Origin: an uncultured Gammaproteobacteria bacterium
Lineage (GTDB): Bacteria; Patescibacteriota; Microgenomatia; UBA10105; UBA927
DNA length: 64,000 bases
Reading direction: 5' to 3'
Assembly (NCBI GenBank): GCA_964573695.1
Contig: CAZNKB010000003.1
Span: 36,815-100,814, forward strand
Both the position numbers and the translations under genes were made by a program. Shown here in pieces: positions 40,164 through 49,682 of this stretch; the stretch's first letter is position 1, and every line of letters starts with the position of its first letter. The notes below the pieces were generated by a model. That model was given only the letters and a program-made list of their open reading frames with translations, did not search any database and was not told the DNA's origin.

Positions 40164-41693
40164 TCAGTCGATACGGACAAGCAAGCTATTATCAGCCGAT
40201 TCCGATCGGTAATGCGCGCGGATGTAGGCCTGATTGGCGGCGGACAAAGTCGATACGCGCCCCAACCGCCCCTGATATATATATCGTGTGTGCGTCCGTT
40301 CCAAGGTGCTGGGCAAATCAGGCAACGGGCGTGACAAGTACGGTTCCCATTGTCCGAACGGAACGCAGCAAACATAATACGGATCGGCAAAATAGATCGT
40401 TGATCCGACCAGATCCAAAACATACGCACCTTTGGGAATCATCGCTATAGCCCTGTTGAGAATACGGACATCCTCATCATTGGTAAGCATGAGTTTAGGC
40501 ATATTGATCTGGCCGTTTACGCTCCATATGCCGATGCACAAGGCCGCAAAACCTAAGGTAAATACGAACCGTCCTTCCTGCCTCTGACTCAAATAATTCC
40601 ATGCAACCAACACGACATCCGCTGCATAAAACGCTACAAACACCGCAATAGGAATCAGATATTGGGCGTGACGCAGCGGGTAGCCATAGAGAAACGATAG
40701 GATGTAGGAGAGACATGTCCCCGCAATAAGCATCTCCTGCCATACGCCTTTTTTGCCGTGTGCAACAAACGGGCTGACAAACCGAATGCTTCCGGCCATA
40801 AGCCCTATAAACCAACATATATGATTTGCAACGAGCCCGACGGACCATCCGGGCAGACCGTAATAAACGGTATTCGGATAAAAAAATAAATCAGCCTGCA
40901 TACCGAATACTTCTCCTATTCGGTTTACTTCAAACGGAAGCTTGGTTAGGGAATAAACGACCGTATCAACGACCGTCCAGTCTCGGAAGACAAAAGCGAC
41001 CCAGAACACAAACATCCCGAAAGATATCACCCCTCCGGCGACAAAGCTTATGAATGCTCGATTTCTGTCCCGGATACTTTCTTCACCCAAAAACATCCAC
41101 GCAAAAAGAACCACGCTGGAAACGACGACCTGCGGCAGCGTCTTTTGTAACACCAGAAGCGACGCGCCGTACAATAACCCCGAAAGGATGAACATCCAGT
41201 ATCGGCGAGGCAGACGGATCGCGTCAATCTCACAGATGAGACCGAGCAATGCAAGAAGCACGGCCAGCGTGTCCGGCCGTATCTCCATGAGCTTGTCTTG
41301 CGGCAACGGGAGAAAAACAAACAACGCTGCAGCCAGTACCGCCACCCAAGACTTCCGCACCTGCCAAAACAAATACGACATAGCCCCCGCCGTCATGACA
41401 TATAGGACAAATGCGACGGTGCGCCCTACAAAAAGTACCACCTGTCCTTCAACAAACGCATACATCGGGGCCAACACATAAAGAAACCCGGGAGGCGCAT
41501 AAAGGAGAAAATCCCGATAAGGAAGATGTCCGGAAAATACATTATGTGCCCAATGAAGATAAGCGAGCTCATCCGCATCGAAGTACCGCACAAGTGAACT
41601 ATGCCAGCGCGACCATAAAAGGAGCAAAAGCAGGCAGAAGGAAAAAAGTCCCAAAATTTTCGCAAGTGGCACTCGAAATTGTGTTAGTCGCAT
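40164..41693 (-). CDS. GT-C-fold polytopic membrane glycosyltransferase (ArnT/PMT-like)
   Basis: More than 10 TM helices. The first loop FDADELAYLHWAHNVFSGHLPYRDF carries the DE motif typical of GT-C enzymes. Start uncertain (41693, 41759 or 41819). Confidence 0.55.
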   Translation of the reverse strand: MRLTQFRVPLAKILGLFSFCLLLLLLWSRWHSSLVRYFDADELAYLHWAHNVFSGHLPYRDFLLYAPPGFLYVLAPMYAFVEGQVVLFVGRTVAFVLYVMTAGAMSYLFWQVRKSWVAVLAAALFVFLPLPQDKLMEIRPDTLAVLLALLGLICEIDAIRLPRRYWMFILSGLLYGASLLVLQKTLPQVVVSSVVLFAWMFLGEESIRDRNRAFISFVAGGVISFGMFVFWVAFVFRDWTVVDTVVYSLTKLPFEVNRIGEVFGMQADLFFYPNTVYYGLPGWSVGLVANHICWFIGLMAGSIRFVSPFVAHGKKGVWQEMLIAGTCLSYILSFLYGYPLRHAQYLIPIAVFVAFYAADVVLVAWNYLSQRQEGRFVFTLGFAALCIGIWSVNGQINMPKLMLTNDEDVRILNRAIAMIPKGAYVLDLVGSTIYFADPYYVCCVPFGQWEPYLSRPLPDLPSTLERTHTRYIYQGRLGRVSTLSAANQAYIRAHYRSESADNSLLVRID

Positions 41694-41718
41694 GGGATAA
41701 TGACACCATTGTGACACA

Positions 41719-43329
41719 ATGAAAAAAATATCTCGAGATACGAGTGCTACTTTTATCATAGGTGCGTTAATCATTACGGCGAATTCATGGCACGTGATAA
41801 CCGAATGGCTTATCAACAAACCAAACGAAGTATTTACGGCCGTATCGCATTACTTCATAGATTATTTTTTCTATATATCTCACATTGTCCAGGGAGCAAA
41901 TGGCGCGTGGCTATACACAAGGCACATGTTCACCAACGAGCCGCTGACTCCCACTTGGATTTATTGGCTTTACACGATTTTAGGTAAATTCAGCAGCATA
42001 GGAGTCAATCCCTTTACTGTGTACAACATAAGTATTGTCGCCTTTTCTGCCCTGACACTTATCCTCTGGTGGAAGATGCTCAGGGTAATACTCCCAGATA
42101 AACCCCTCACACGACTCGTTGCATTCTTGTTTATCACGACGGCGTCGAATTTCCCCGGATTGGGAGACTTCTGGTTTTCCCCTACTCCGGCGCTCAATCG
42201 TCTGGGCGGAGTTCCGCACCAAATTTTCCAAACAATCGTCCTTCTTTTGACAATGTATTTATTCTCGTTGACCATGCACCCAAAGCAACTCCTGGTGGGC
42301 CGCAAACGAACAGTCATGCTTGGTTCCCTCACGCTTGTGTCCTTTATATCGGCAACCGTAAGTCCTATACAAATGCTTCTTGTCGTCGCTGCTACTGCTT
42401 TGTTGCTCATCATAACGGGAAAAGGGAAAATGGAGGCTCTTCACCTCATATCGTTTAGCGTTCTCGCCGCCCCGGCGCTGGCAGGGGCATATCTTACTAA
42501 TGGAGAATTTGCCCGCCAACAAATCCTTGTAATTGCAAAATCCTGGGAAAACAGTCAGCACATTTCTGTCACGCTTTGGCAATTTATACTAGCGGTCGGC
42601 CCTATTTCTATCTGCATCCCTTTTGGGATAAAACCGTTCGCACAAAAAACGCCGCCCCTACGCATGCTCCTCGGGATATTTTCATTGCTTTCCCTCATAC
42701 TTTTTTTCTCCCCCGTTCCCCGCTTATTAGGAACTGCTTCGGTGCGTTGGCTTTCCCCCGCTTCTTACGGGGCGCTCCCGATTCTTGCAGCGTTGGGATT
42801 TGAAGAAATCGTCCGACTCACAAAACGGTCTGTACTGCGGCAAATTCCGTCGCCAAGTGTATTTTCCCTTCTCCTCGTCATCTATCTCCTCGTTACGATT
42901 CCCTCTCTAATCAACCAAATACACGCGCGCGTGTCTCCTCTTAGAAACGATCGGGTCATTGCATCGCTTAACCATATTCCCTTTGCCATGAGGGACGCGT
43001 TCGTGGTCATTAAGAAAGACAGTCGCGACGGTGTTATCATGACGGATCCGGTACTTACCTACGATACGGTTATCCCGATATTTACCGGCAAACGAACGCT
43101 TACCGGGCAACCGGTTCACACGCTTTATCCCCAGGTGAAAGAACATCTACGCACGCGTTTTTTTTCCGGAACCATGTCGGAGCTTGAGGCCAAACAATTT
43201 ATCACGGACCATGATATTGACTACATTCTCGCTTCTTCGGGCGCATCGCGCTCGCTCCCCACTTATGCATTTATGAGCGAAATATTTCACAACGAAGCTG
43301 CCTCCGTCTATGTCACATACAAAAAGTAG
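41719..43329 (+). CDS. polytopic membrane protein, uncharacterised GT-C-like family (paralogue 1 of 3 in this window)
   Basis: Shares HxxDYxFYxSxIxxGxxGxW...FTxE...GGVPHQ motifs with the ORFs at 51686-53344 and 56259-57854. Confidence 0.55.
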   Translation: MKKISRDTSATFIIGALIITANSWHVITEWLINKPNEVFTAVSHYFIDYFFYISHIVQGANGAWLYTRHMFTNEPLTPTWIYWLYTILGKFSSIGVNPFTVYNISIVAFSALTLILWWKMLRVILPDKPLTRLVAFLFITTASNFPGLGDFWFSPTPALNRLGGVPHQIFQTIVLLLTMYLFSLTMHPKQLLVGRKRTVMLGSLTLVSFISATVSPIQMLLVVAATALLLIITGKGKMEALHLISFSVLAAPALAGAYLTNGEFARQQILVIAKSWENSQHISVTLWQFILAVGPISICIPFGIKPFAQKTPPLRMLLGIFSLLSLILFFSPVPRLLGTASVRWLSPASYGALPILAALGFEEIVRLTKRSVLRQIPSPSVFSLLLVIYLLVTIPSLINQIHARVSPLRNDRVIASLNHIPFAMRDAFVVIKKDSRDGVIMTDPVLTYDTVIPIFTGKRTLTGQPVHTLYPQVKEHLRTRFFSGTMSELEAKQFITDHDIDYILASSGASRSLPTYAFMSEIFHNEAASVYVTYKK

Positions 43330-45025
43330 CCTGAAAAAAATCCTGTCGTGGTGCCACACGCACGCAGGACTCATCACCACCGTAGCATTTCTTTTACTGC
43401 ATCTGTCTATCATGGACAGATACGGATATACGTGGGATTTTCATTTCCACTTCTTCGGAGGCGGCAAATTGTTGGGAATAGAGCCGAACGTACTGGAACC
43501 GCGTAACTTACCCTTTGTCGAGCCGGATCCGAGAAACGCCTGGACGCTTCCGTATGGGGCGCTCATGAGCATCCCCCCCGTCGCCTCATACCTTGTCCTG
43601 TACAAAACGCTGCACCTGCTCCCTGCCGATGCCGCATACCATCTGCCGATTATTTTTTGGGGCATAGCCGGTGTAGCCATTCTGTATGCGTTTGTTAAAG
43701 AAGCGGCCAATGCGCGCACGGCGTTATTTGCAGCATTCATATTGGCACTTACGCCGCGATATTTTGGGGACATGCATAATAATATGAAGGACATCCCTTC
43801 TGCAGTTGTATTCGCGCTTAATATATGGCTCTTGTGGCGGTTCGTCCGTCATAAACGACTGACGGATCTTCTCTTGGCTATAGCCGCCTTTGCCATAGCG
43901 TTCAACGTGAAGGTCAACAGCGTCTTTATTCCTGCCGTCTTTGCCTGCTGGCTTATTTTTTTGCGTTTTACCAATTACCGATTACGGAGTGCTAACTACC
44001 TATCGTATTTTCTCCTCGCTCCCCTTGCCGCATTTCTTCTCTGGTGGGTATTCTGGCCCGATCCTATCGGACAACTGAAACACGCGTTTCTCACATTTGG
44101 CATAGGAACGAATAATATAGAAGTCCTCTTGAACGGATCCTGGTACTGCTCCGGATCTACCGTACCGTGGTATTACCCGTATTGGTATCTAGCTATAACT
44201 ATGCCGCTATCTGTTTTGATATTCTTTTTGGTAGGTGTTAGCGCGCCAATTTTTCCGGCAGTGCAACAATTCTTGACCGTTTACACATCACCGCTCAGGG
44301 GAAAAACATATCACATAACTCATGACGTTTCCGTGAGGCATCAACGGCAAACTCTTCTGCTCCTCTGGCTCTTCATCCCGCTTACCCGTTATCTCGTGCC
44401 TTCTATCGGAGTCATTGATGGAATTCGGCATTTTGAAGAAGCGCTCTTCCCCCTCGCCGCCCTCGCGGCTCTCGGCGTGGACAAGATATTTAGCTTCGCA
44501 AGGCGTCCCCTTGCGAAGCTAATTTTTCTATGTTTCGTTTTTGGGTCTTTGTTCTCCATAAATTGGTCTTACCACCCTTACCAAATCGCTTACTTTAACG
44601 AACTTGTGGGCGGAGCCGCGGGCGCCGTCGGCAAATATGATCTCGATTACTGGGGTACGAGCCAGAAGGAGGCGGTTCTTTGGGTCAACGCTCATGCGCC
44701 GAAAAACTCTACCGTTCACATCGCCATGGCAGCTGCTGTAGCCGGCCAATATCTGCGTCCGGATCTTCTCGCGACTCTCAATACGCGGGGATACGACGAT
44801 TCGGACTTTGTCGTCATCTTAAATAGGCAATCATTCTTCTATCGTTTCTTCTACGTCTACGAATATCTTCTCGCCCACCGGCCAACATACACGGTGCGCG
44901 CGGCGGGAGCGCCTCTCACCTGGGTATACGACAACCGATCCGCAAACACGACACCACGTCAATCACCTTGGTGGCAAGATGAAGATCCATGTATCATAAA
45001 ATATTGGCGGGGAGAACGTCCGTAA
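43310..45025 (+). CDS. GT-C-fold polytopic membrane protein (PMT_2/ArnT-like)
   Basis: About 12 TM helices with a large hydrophilic C-terminal domain. Loop TPRYFGDMHNNMKDIP. Confidence 0.5.
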   Translation: MSHTKSSLKKILSWCHTHAGLITTVAFLLLHLSIMDRYGYTWDFHFHFFGGGKLLGIEPNVLEPRNLPFVEPDPRNAWTLPYGALMSIPPVASYLVLYKTLHLLPADAAYHLPIIFWGIAGVAILYAFVKEAANARTALFAAFILALTPRYFGDMHNNMKDIPSAVVFALNIWLLWRFVRHKRLTDLLLAIAAFAIAFNVKVNSVFIPAVFACWLIFLRFTNYRLRSANYLSYFLLAPLAAFLLWWVFWPDPIGQLKHAFLTFGIGTNNIEVLLNGSWYCSGSTVPWYYPYWYLAITMPLSVLIFFLVGVSAPIFPAVQQFLTVYTSPLRGKTYHITHDVSVRHQRQTLLLLWLFIPLTRYLVPSIGVIDGIRHFEEALFPLAALAALGVDKIFSFARRPLAKLIFLCFVFGSLFSINWSYHPYQIAYFNELVGGAAGAVGKYDLDYWGTSQKEAVLWVNAHAPKNSTVHIAMAAAVAGQYLRPDLLATLNTRGYDDSDFVVILNRQSFFYRFFYVYEYLLAHRPTYTVRAAGAPLTWVYDNRSANTTPRQSPWWQDEDPCIIKYWRGERP

Positions 45026-45035
45026 CTGTCAGATT

Positions 45036-46724
45036 ATGAAACAGCATATATACCTGCCGATTATTGTCTTTGCGCTTCTTGTGCTCGCTCCGCTCCTTAC
45101 TCCTCTGACTCAGCACGGCACGCTGCACCAATTCGATACGATACTCCATTTGGAACGGATCGTGGCGTTTTATCAGGCGCTTTTGGATCACAGTATTCCT
45201 CCTTCGTGGTCCACATATTTATCGTATGGATTCGGGTCCCCTGTGCTTATCTACAACTGGTCTTTCCCCTATTATGTTGCCTCCCTGTTCCTTTCTCTTC
45301 ATGTCACCCTTGTGGATACGTACAAATGGATGACGGCAATAACTTACGTACTCGCATTTGTCTGGATGTTTCTATTTGTCGCCACTTTTACCAAATCCCG
45401 CGCCAGCGCGCTCGTTGCAGCAGCCTGGTACGTGTGGGCACCATACCAGTTCAACATCAACCAGCTGCGGGGCGCTATCGGGGAAGAATTTGCCACCGCG
45501 TTTTGGCCGGGTATATTTTGGGCGACGGTGACACTGTTTCATAAACGCTATACGCTCGGCTTTTTCACCGGCACCTTACTGTGGTCTGTGACACTTTGGT
45601 CCCACCCGCCGATGTTTGCCATGATTGTTCCGCTGTGGTTGCTATTTATGATACTCCACCTGATTGAAACACGGAATATCCGCGCGGCAATCGTATCGCT
45701 TAGCACGCTTTTGGCCGGCATGGGGATAGTCGCGTATTCCTGGATTCCGATTCTTTTTGAACGTGAATGGCTCTATTATGGCGTACACGAGGCAATATAT
45801 CCGGACAACTTTGTCCGTTGGTCGCAACTGCTTTCTCAGCCTAATTTCTATGAATTCAACCTTGAGCTTGGCCCCACACGGTACTTCGTCTTTTATTCCA
45901 TAGGGTGGGTATTCCTGGTAGTTGGAATTCTTACGGCATACGCACTCGTTGTCCACAGCCGGAAATTGACCCGCACGCATATCTTTGCGCTCCTGTTTCT
46001 TGGTATGGGAATATTCGGGGTTTTTCTCCTTCGCCCGGCATCTACCTGGTTATGGGCATATCTGCCGTTACTTGCTCCCACTATGGTATTCCCTCAGCGG
46101 TTTTTGGGACTCGTTATGTTTTGCGGGAGTGTCCTGGGCGGATTGTATATATCCCGTCTCAATAAGCGGCACGTCTGGACCGGAGCCATACTGTCTATTG
46201 CCGGGATTATGTTTCTCAATTATCCGTATCTTACGCTGAATAAAAATCGCGAAACGGACATAGCCAAACTCAATAATCCCGTACTGACGACGACAGACGT
46301 ATGGGGAGAATTCAGTCCGAAATGGATACCGGCCGATTTCCAACAGCGTGGCCCAACCCTCGCCAAACGTCCCCTTCTCACTATAACGCCGGAACAACCC
46401 AAGGAACCCGTATGCACCCAGACATCGATATCCCTCACCTGTACCGTTGATACCCAAGACGCCGCAACTGTAGGAATACGTCAGTTCTATTTCCCGGGCT
46501 GGCAGGCTACAGCGGACGGAACCGACTACCCCGTTACAAAAGATGCAGACGGCACCATGCGTCTTGATCTTACCAAGCCTACCCATACTATTCGGTTAGT
46601 CTTTGGTAAGACTCCGGTACGGAAATTTTCCCTGATTCTGTCCGCCGTATGTACGGGACTGTATCTATTTTTTGGTGCAAAAGCTGTTTATACTCGTATG
46701 AGAAGGAAACACACACACTTATGA
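45036..46724 (+). CDS. polytopic membrane protein, GT-C-like (DUF2298/COG5617-like features)
   Basis: HLERIVAFYQAL...PPSWSTYLSYGFGSPVLIYNWSFPYYV motif, then more than 10 TM helices and a C-terminal soluble domain. Confidence 0.5.
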   Translation: MKQHIYLPIIVFALLVLAPLLTPLTQHGTLHQFDTILHLERIVAFYQALLDHSIPPSWSTYLSYGFGSPVLIYNWSFPYYVASLFLSLHVTLVDTYKWMTAITYVLAFVWMFLFVATFTKSRASALVAAAWYVWAPYQFNINQLRGAIGEEFATAFWPGIFWATVTLFHKRYTLGFFTGTLLWSVTLWSHPPMFAMIVPLWLLFMILHLIETRNIRAAIVSLSTLLAGMGIVAYSWIPILFEREWLYYGVHEAIYPDNFVRWSQLLSQPNFYEFNLELGPTRYFVFYSIGWVFLVVGILTAYALVVHSRKLTRTHIFALLFLGMGIFGVFLLRPASTWLWAYLPLLAPTMVFPQRFLGLVMFCGSVLGGLYISRLNKRHVWTGAILSIAGIMFLNYPYLTLNKNRETDIAKLNNPVLTTTDVWGEFSPKWIPADFQQRGPTLAKRPLLTITPEQPKEPVCTQTSISLTCTVDTQDAATVGIRQFYFPGWQATADGTDYPVTKDADGTMRLDLTKPTHTIRLVFGKTPVRKFSLILSAVCTGLYLFFGAKAVYTRMRRKHTHL

Positions 46725-47824
46725 AACGGGATATCGCGTGGATCATAAACATATTTCTTCTGGCTTCCCTTCTGTTATACGGATATTATTGCCTGTTTAC
46801 GCCCCATGGCATGAGTTACGTCTACAAAAACTGGGACGGGCCCGGCTACCTGATTGTCGCCAAAACTCTTTATGATACTTCGCTCATCGAGCGAATAAAT
46901 CCGTTCCCGTTTTTGGCTCCGACACACTATGCCTTTCAGTTCCCCGGATACCCGCTCGTCATCCGGCTCTTTTCGTTTATGGGTTGGAATGAATCGATGA
47001 TATTCTCCAGCCAACTCTTTGCCCTCCTGTATTCTGTAGCACTCTACGTACTTATCAGGGAAGTCAATCCAAAGGCCAATGCCTTCGTTGTCGCTATCCT
47101 TTCTATCTTCTTTACGCCGAGGTGGTTTATCGTGTCGCACGTGGGCAGTACAGAGCCTCAGATGATGTTTTTTATTACCCTTTTTATGATTTTATTCCAC
47201 AGGAAAAAATATTTCTGGGCGGGCCTTTCTATGGGACTTGCGCAACTGACCAAACCCCAGGGAATTGTCTTTTTTGCCGGCATCGGACTGTATTACCTGT
47301 ATTCCGTGTTCGTTACACGGAAAATAAGCATCATGCGCGGCCTCAAAGAAAGCGCCCCGTTTCTATGCATTCCCATTGCGCTGGCCGCTATATTTGCAAC
47401 ATATTATTTCCGGTTCGGGAACTTCTGGATATTTCTCCAAAATGGCGCCTTCCCCACCATGCAGTTACCCCCGCTTAAAGTCCTTACAGCAACAAGCATC
47501 ATGGGTTTTCCCCTGGGATTCTGGACCGGGTGGCTTGAATTTGTCGTGTATAACTACATACTGTATCTGGGAGGGATTGTACTTTTGTTTGAAAAGAAGC
47601 TGTATTTTTTTGGGTTCGTCGCACTCATCTATTTCTTTCCGGTGTTGACGTTTGTACAGGCCGATATGGCACGGTTTATCCTCCCGATCTTGCCGTTTGT
47701 ACTCCTCGGATACTCCGACATCCTGTCTCAAAAATCCGTCTATCGTACGCTCATACTTTCTCTACCCATGGTGTTCATTTTTGCCGTGGGGTATATCAAT
47801 TACAATCTGGCACCACTTCCATAA
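46721..47824 (+). CDS. polytopic membrane protein, putative GT-C-like mannosyltransferase
   Basis: From MKRDIAW (ATGA overlap with the upstream gene). Loop WDGPGYLIVAKTLYD; about 10 TM helices. Confidence 0.5.
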   Translation: MKRDIAWIINIFLLASLLLYGYYCLFTPHGMSYVYKNWDGPGYLIVAKTLYDTSLIERINPFPFLAPTHYAFQFPGYPLVIRLFSFMGWNESMIFSSQLFALLYSVALYVLIREVNPKANAFVVAILSIFFTPRWFIVSHVGSTEPQMMFFITLFMILFHRKKYFWAGLSMGLAQLTKPQGIVFFAGIGLYYLYSVFVTRKISIMRGLKESAPFLCIPIALAAIFATYYFRFGNFWIFLQNGAFPTMQLPPLKVLTATSIMGFPLGFWTGWLEFVVYNYILYLGGIVLLFEKKLYFFGFVALIYFFPVLTFVQADMARFILPILPFVLLGYSDILSQKSVYRTLILSLPMVFIFAVGYINYNLAPLP

Positions 47825-47893
47825 CGATACATGGCAAGAGTGGCGCTTGCCATTTTTCTCTCGCAAAGCGTATTATGTGGAAAAGCAATATCT

Positions 47894-48307
47894 ATGTCAC
47901 GCGGAATCGAACCTATTTTGCATCACAAAAAAGAAATCGCGTGCGTCTATCGTAAAACGATCAAAGCATCGGGAATTCGTTTTCTTACCCAGCCTCAAAA
48001 CGCATTTCAAATTGGCTTGCACGACCGTAAACTCCCCGTATCGCTCCCTGCACATATCCATAATTGTCCGACACCCTTATCCATACCGGAAATTCAGGAG
48101 GTACTATTTGTTATCAAAGGAAAAATTCGCATTACCATGCTCACGAAAAATAACGAGGTAATCGCCAAAAAACTCTTATCATCCGGGGATGCGGTGTTAC
48201 TAAAAACTCAGGCACATAAAGTCGAATTCCTGGGAAATGCCCGGGTTTTTGAAATCAAACAAGGACCCTACCCCGGAGATGCAAATGCCAAACATTACCT
48301 AACATAA
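47894..48307 (+). CDS. cupin-domain protein (FdtA/WxcM-like sugar isomerase candidate)
   Basis: PAHIHNCPTP...EVLFVIKGKIRI...GDAVLL cupin motifs; ~137 aa. Confidence 0.5.
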   Translation: MSRGIEPILHHKKEIACVYRKTIKASGIRFLTQPQNAFQIGLHDRKLPVSLPAHIHNCPTPLSIPEIQEVLFVIKGKIRITMLTKNNEVIAKKLLSSGDAVLLKTQAHKVEFLGNARVFEIKQGPYPGDANAKHYLT

Positions 48308-48330
48308 TAACCTAAATCCCATGTAGCTTC

Positions 48331-49089
48331 ATGAACCGCCCAACAACAAGCATCATACTTCCCACATATAACGAAGCAGGACATATCACCGCTCTCCTGG
48401 AAGAAATCGTGCGCTACGCCCCTCCCGAAACGGAAATAATCGTTATTGACGATAACTCACCCGATAATACCGGAGCGTTGGCTAGACATTACATCGACAC
48501 CCACCACAAAATGCGGCGTATGCGCGTCATCACCCGCCTGAATAATCGCGGGCTGACCAATAGCCTCATTGAGGGGATAACACGCGCTCATGGTGACATC
48601 ATTCTTTGGATGGACTGTGACTTTTCTCATCCGCCATTCATCATACCCAAACTGATCCGCGCTATCGATCAGGGCGCGGATATGGCGATAGGATCACGAA
48701 ACCACAAAACACCGTCAACTGGCTCCAAAAATACCCAACCACAGGCCCAAACGGTATTTTCACGCATACTCAACATGGTACTTTCCGTCGTATTCGGCTC
48801 TGGCATTACCGATTACACAACGGGCTTTGTCGCGGCAAAAAAAACAGTTCTTCAGAAAATTCCTCTCCGCGGCAATTACGGAGAATATTGCGTGGATTTA
48901 TTGATACGGGCTTTTGGCGCCGGGTACCGTATTGTAGAAATTCCTTTTTTCAGCCCGCAGAGAAAATCCGGAAGCTCCAAAACAGCACCCGACGTATTCA
49001 CATTCCTCCGTCATGGGTCGGGATACGTAAGCACCTTTATCCGGTTACTATGGACACAAAAACTATTCCGCAAAAAAATAGAGATATGA
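48331..49089 (+). CDS. GT2 polyprenol-phosphate glycosyltransferase (DPM1/ArnC-like), second copy
   Basis: TSIILPTYNE...IIVIDDNSPDNT...ILWMDCDFSH. Confidence 0.7.
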   Translation: MNRPTTSIILPTYNEAGHITALLEEIVRYAPPETEIIVIDDNSPDNTGALARHYIDTHHKMRRMRVITRLNNRGLTNSLIEGITRAHGDIILWMDCDFSHPPFIIPKLIRAIDQGADMAIGSRNHKTPSTGSKNTQPQAQTVFSRILNMVLSVVFGSGITDYTTGFVAAKKTVLQKIPLRGNYGEYCVDLLIRAFGAGYRIVEIPFFSPQRKSGSSKTAPDVFTFLRHGSGYVSTFIRLLWTQKLFRKKIEI

Positions 49090-49682
49090 ATACGGCACTA
49101 CATATCCGTCCCATGCGGCTATCGGATATACCCGAAGCGAGCCAACTTCACCTACGTACATTACCCGGAGTGGTCGCCAATATCGGCATCCCGTACCTTA
49201 CGGCTCTCTATACCCGCCTCTTTCAACTACCAGCCTTCCATATTGCGCTCGTGGCCGAGGAGCAATCACACATCGCAGGAGTCATCACGGCAACGACCAA
49301 TCTCTACAAAACCCAAGATGCTCTATCCTGGATATTCGTGCAGCCTGCCGTCCTAGCAGCTCTATGCGTGGCAGTACTCAAACGCCGGGTAACGATATCC
49401 GACCTTCTCAAGCGGTTCATCAAGGAGAGGCATTTCCGCGCCCGATTTAAAGCCCCGTATCCTACTATTCTCACCTTTTTTGTCGGCCTGCCGTATCAGC
49501 ACAAAGGCATAGGGAAACAGCTTCTTGTCAGTCTGAATCGACAGCTTCCCCGCAACATACCCCTTTATGTCGACACCGAAAAAACAAACGTTCACGCACA
49601 GGACTGGTACAGCTCCCATGGATTTGAAAAAATTGCGGATGTCGACGCAAATGTCGTTTATCGTCAACAGATCTTACACTGA
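49086..49682 (+). CDS. GNAT-family N-acetyltransferase
   Basis: From internal Met MNTALHIRPMRLSD (ATGA overlap at 49086). Acetyl-CoA motif VGLPYQHKGIGKQLL. Confidence 0.6.
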   Translation: MNTALHIRPMRLSDIPEASQLHLRTLPGVVANIGIPYLTALYTRLFQLPAFHIALVAEEQSHIAGVITATTNLYKTQDALSWIFVQPAVLAALCVAVLKRRVTISDLLKRFIKERHFRARFKAPYPTILTFFVGLPYQHKGIGKQLLVSLNRQLPRNIPLYVDTEKTNVHAQDWYSSHGFEKIADVDANVVYRQQILH

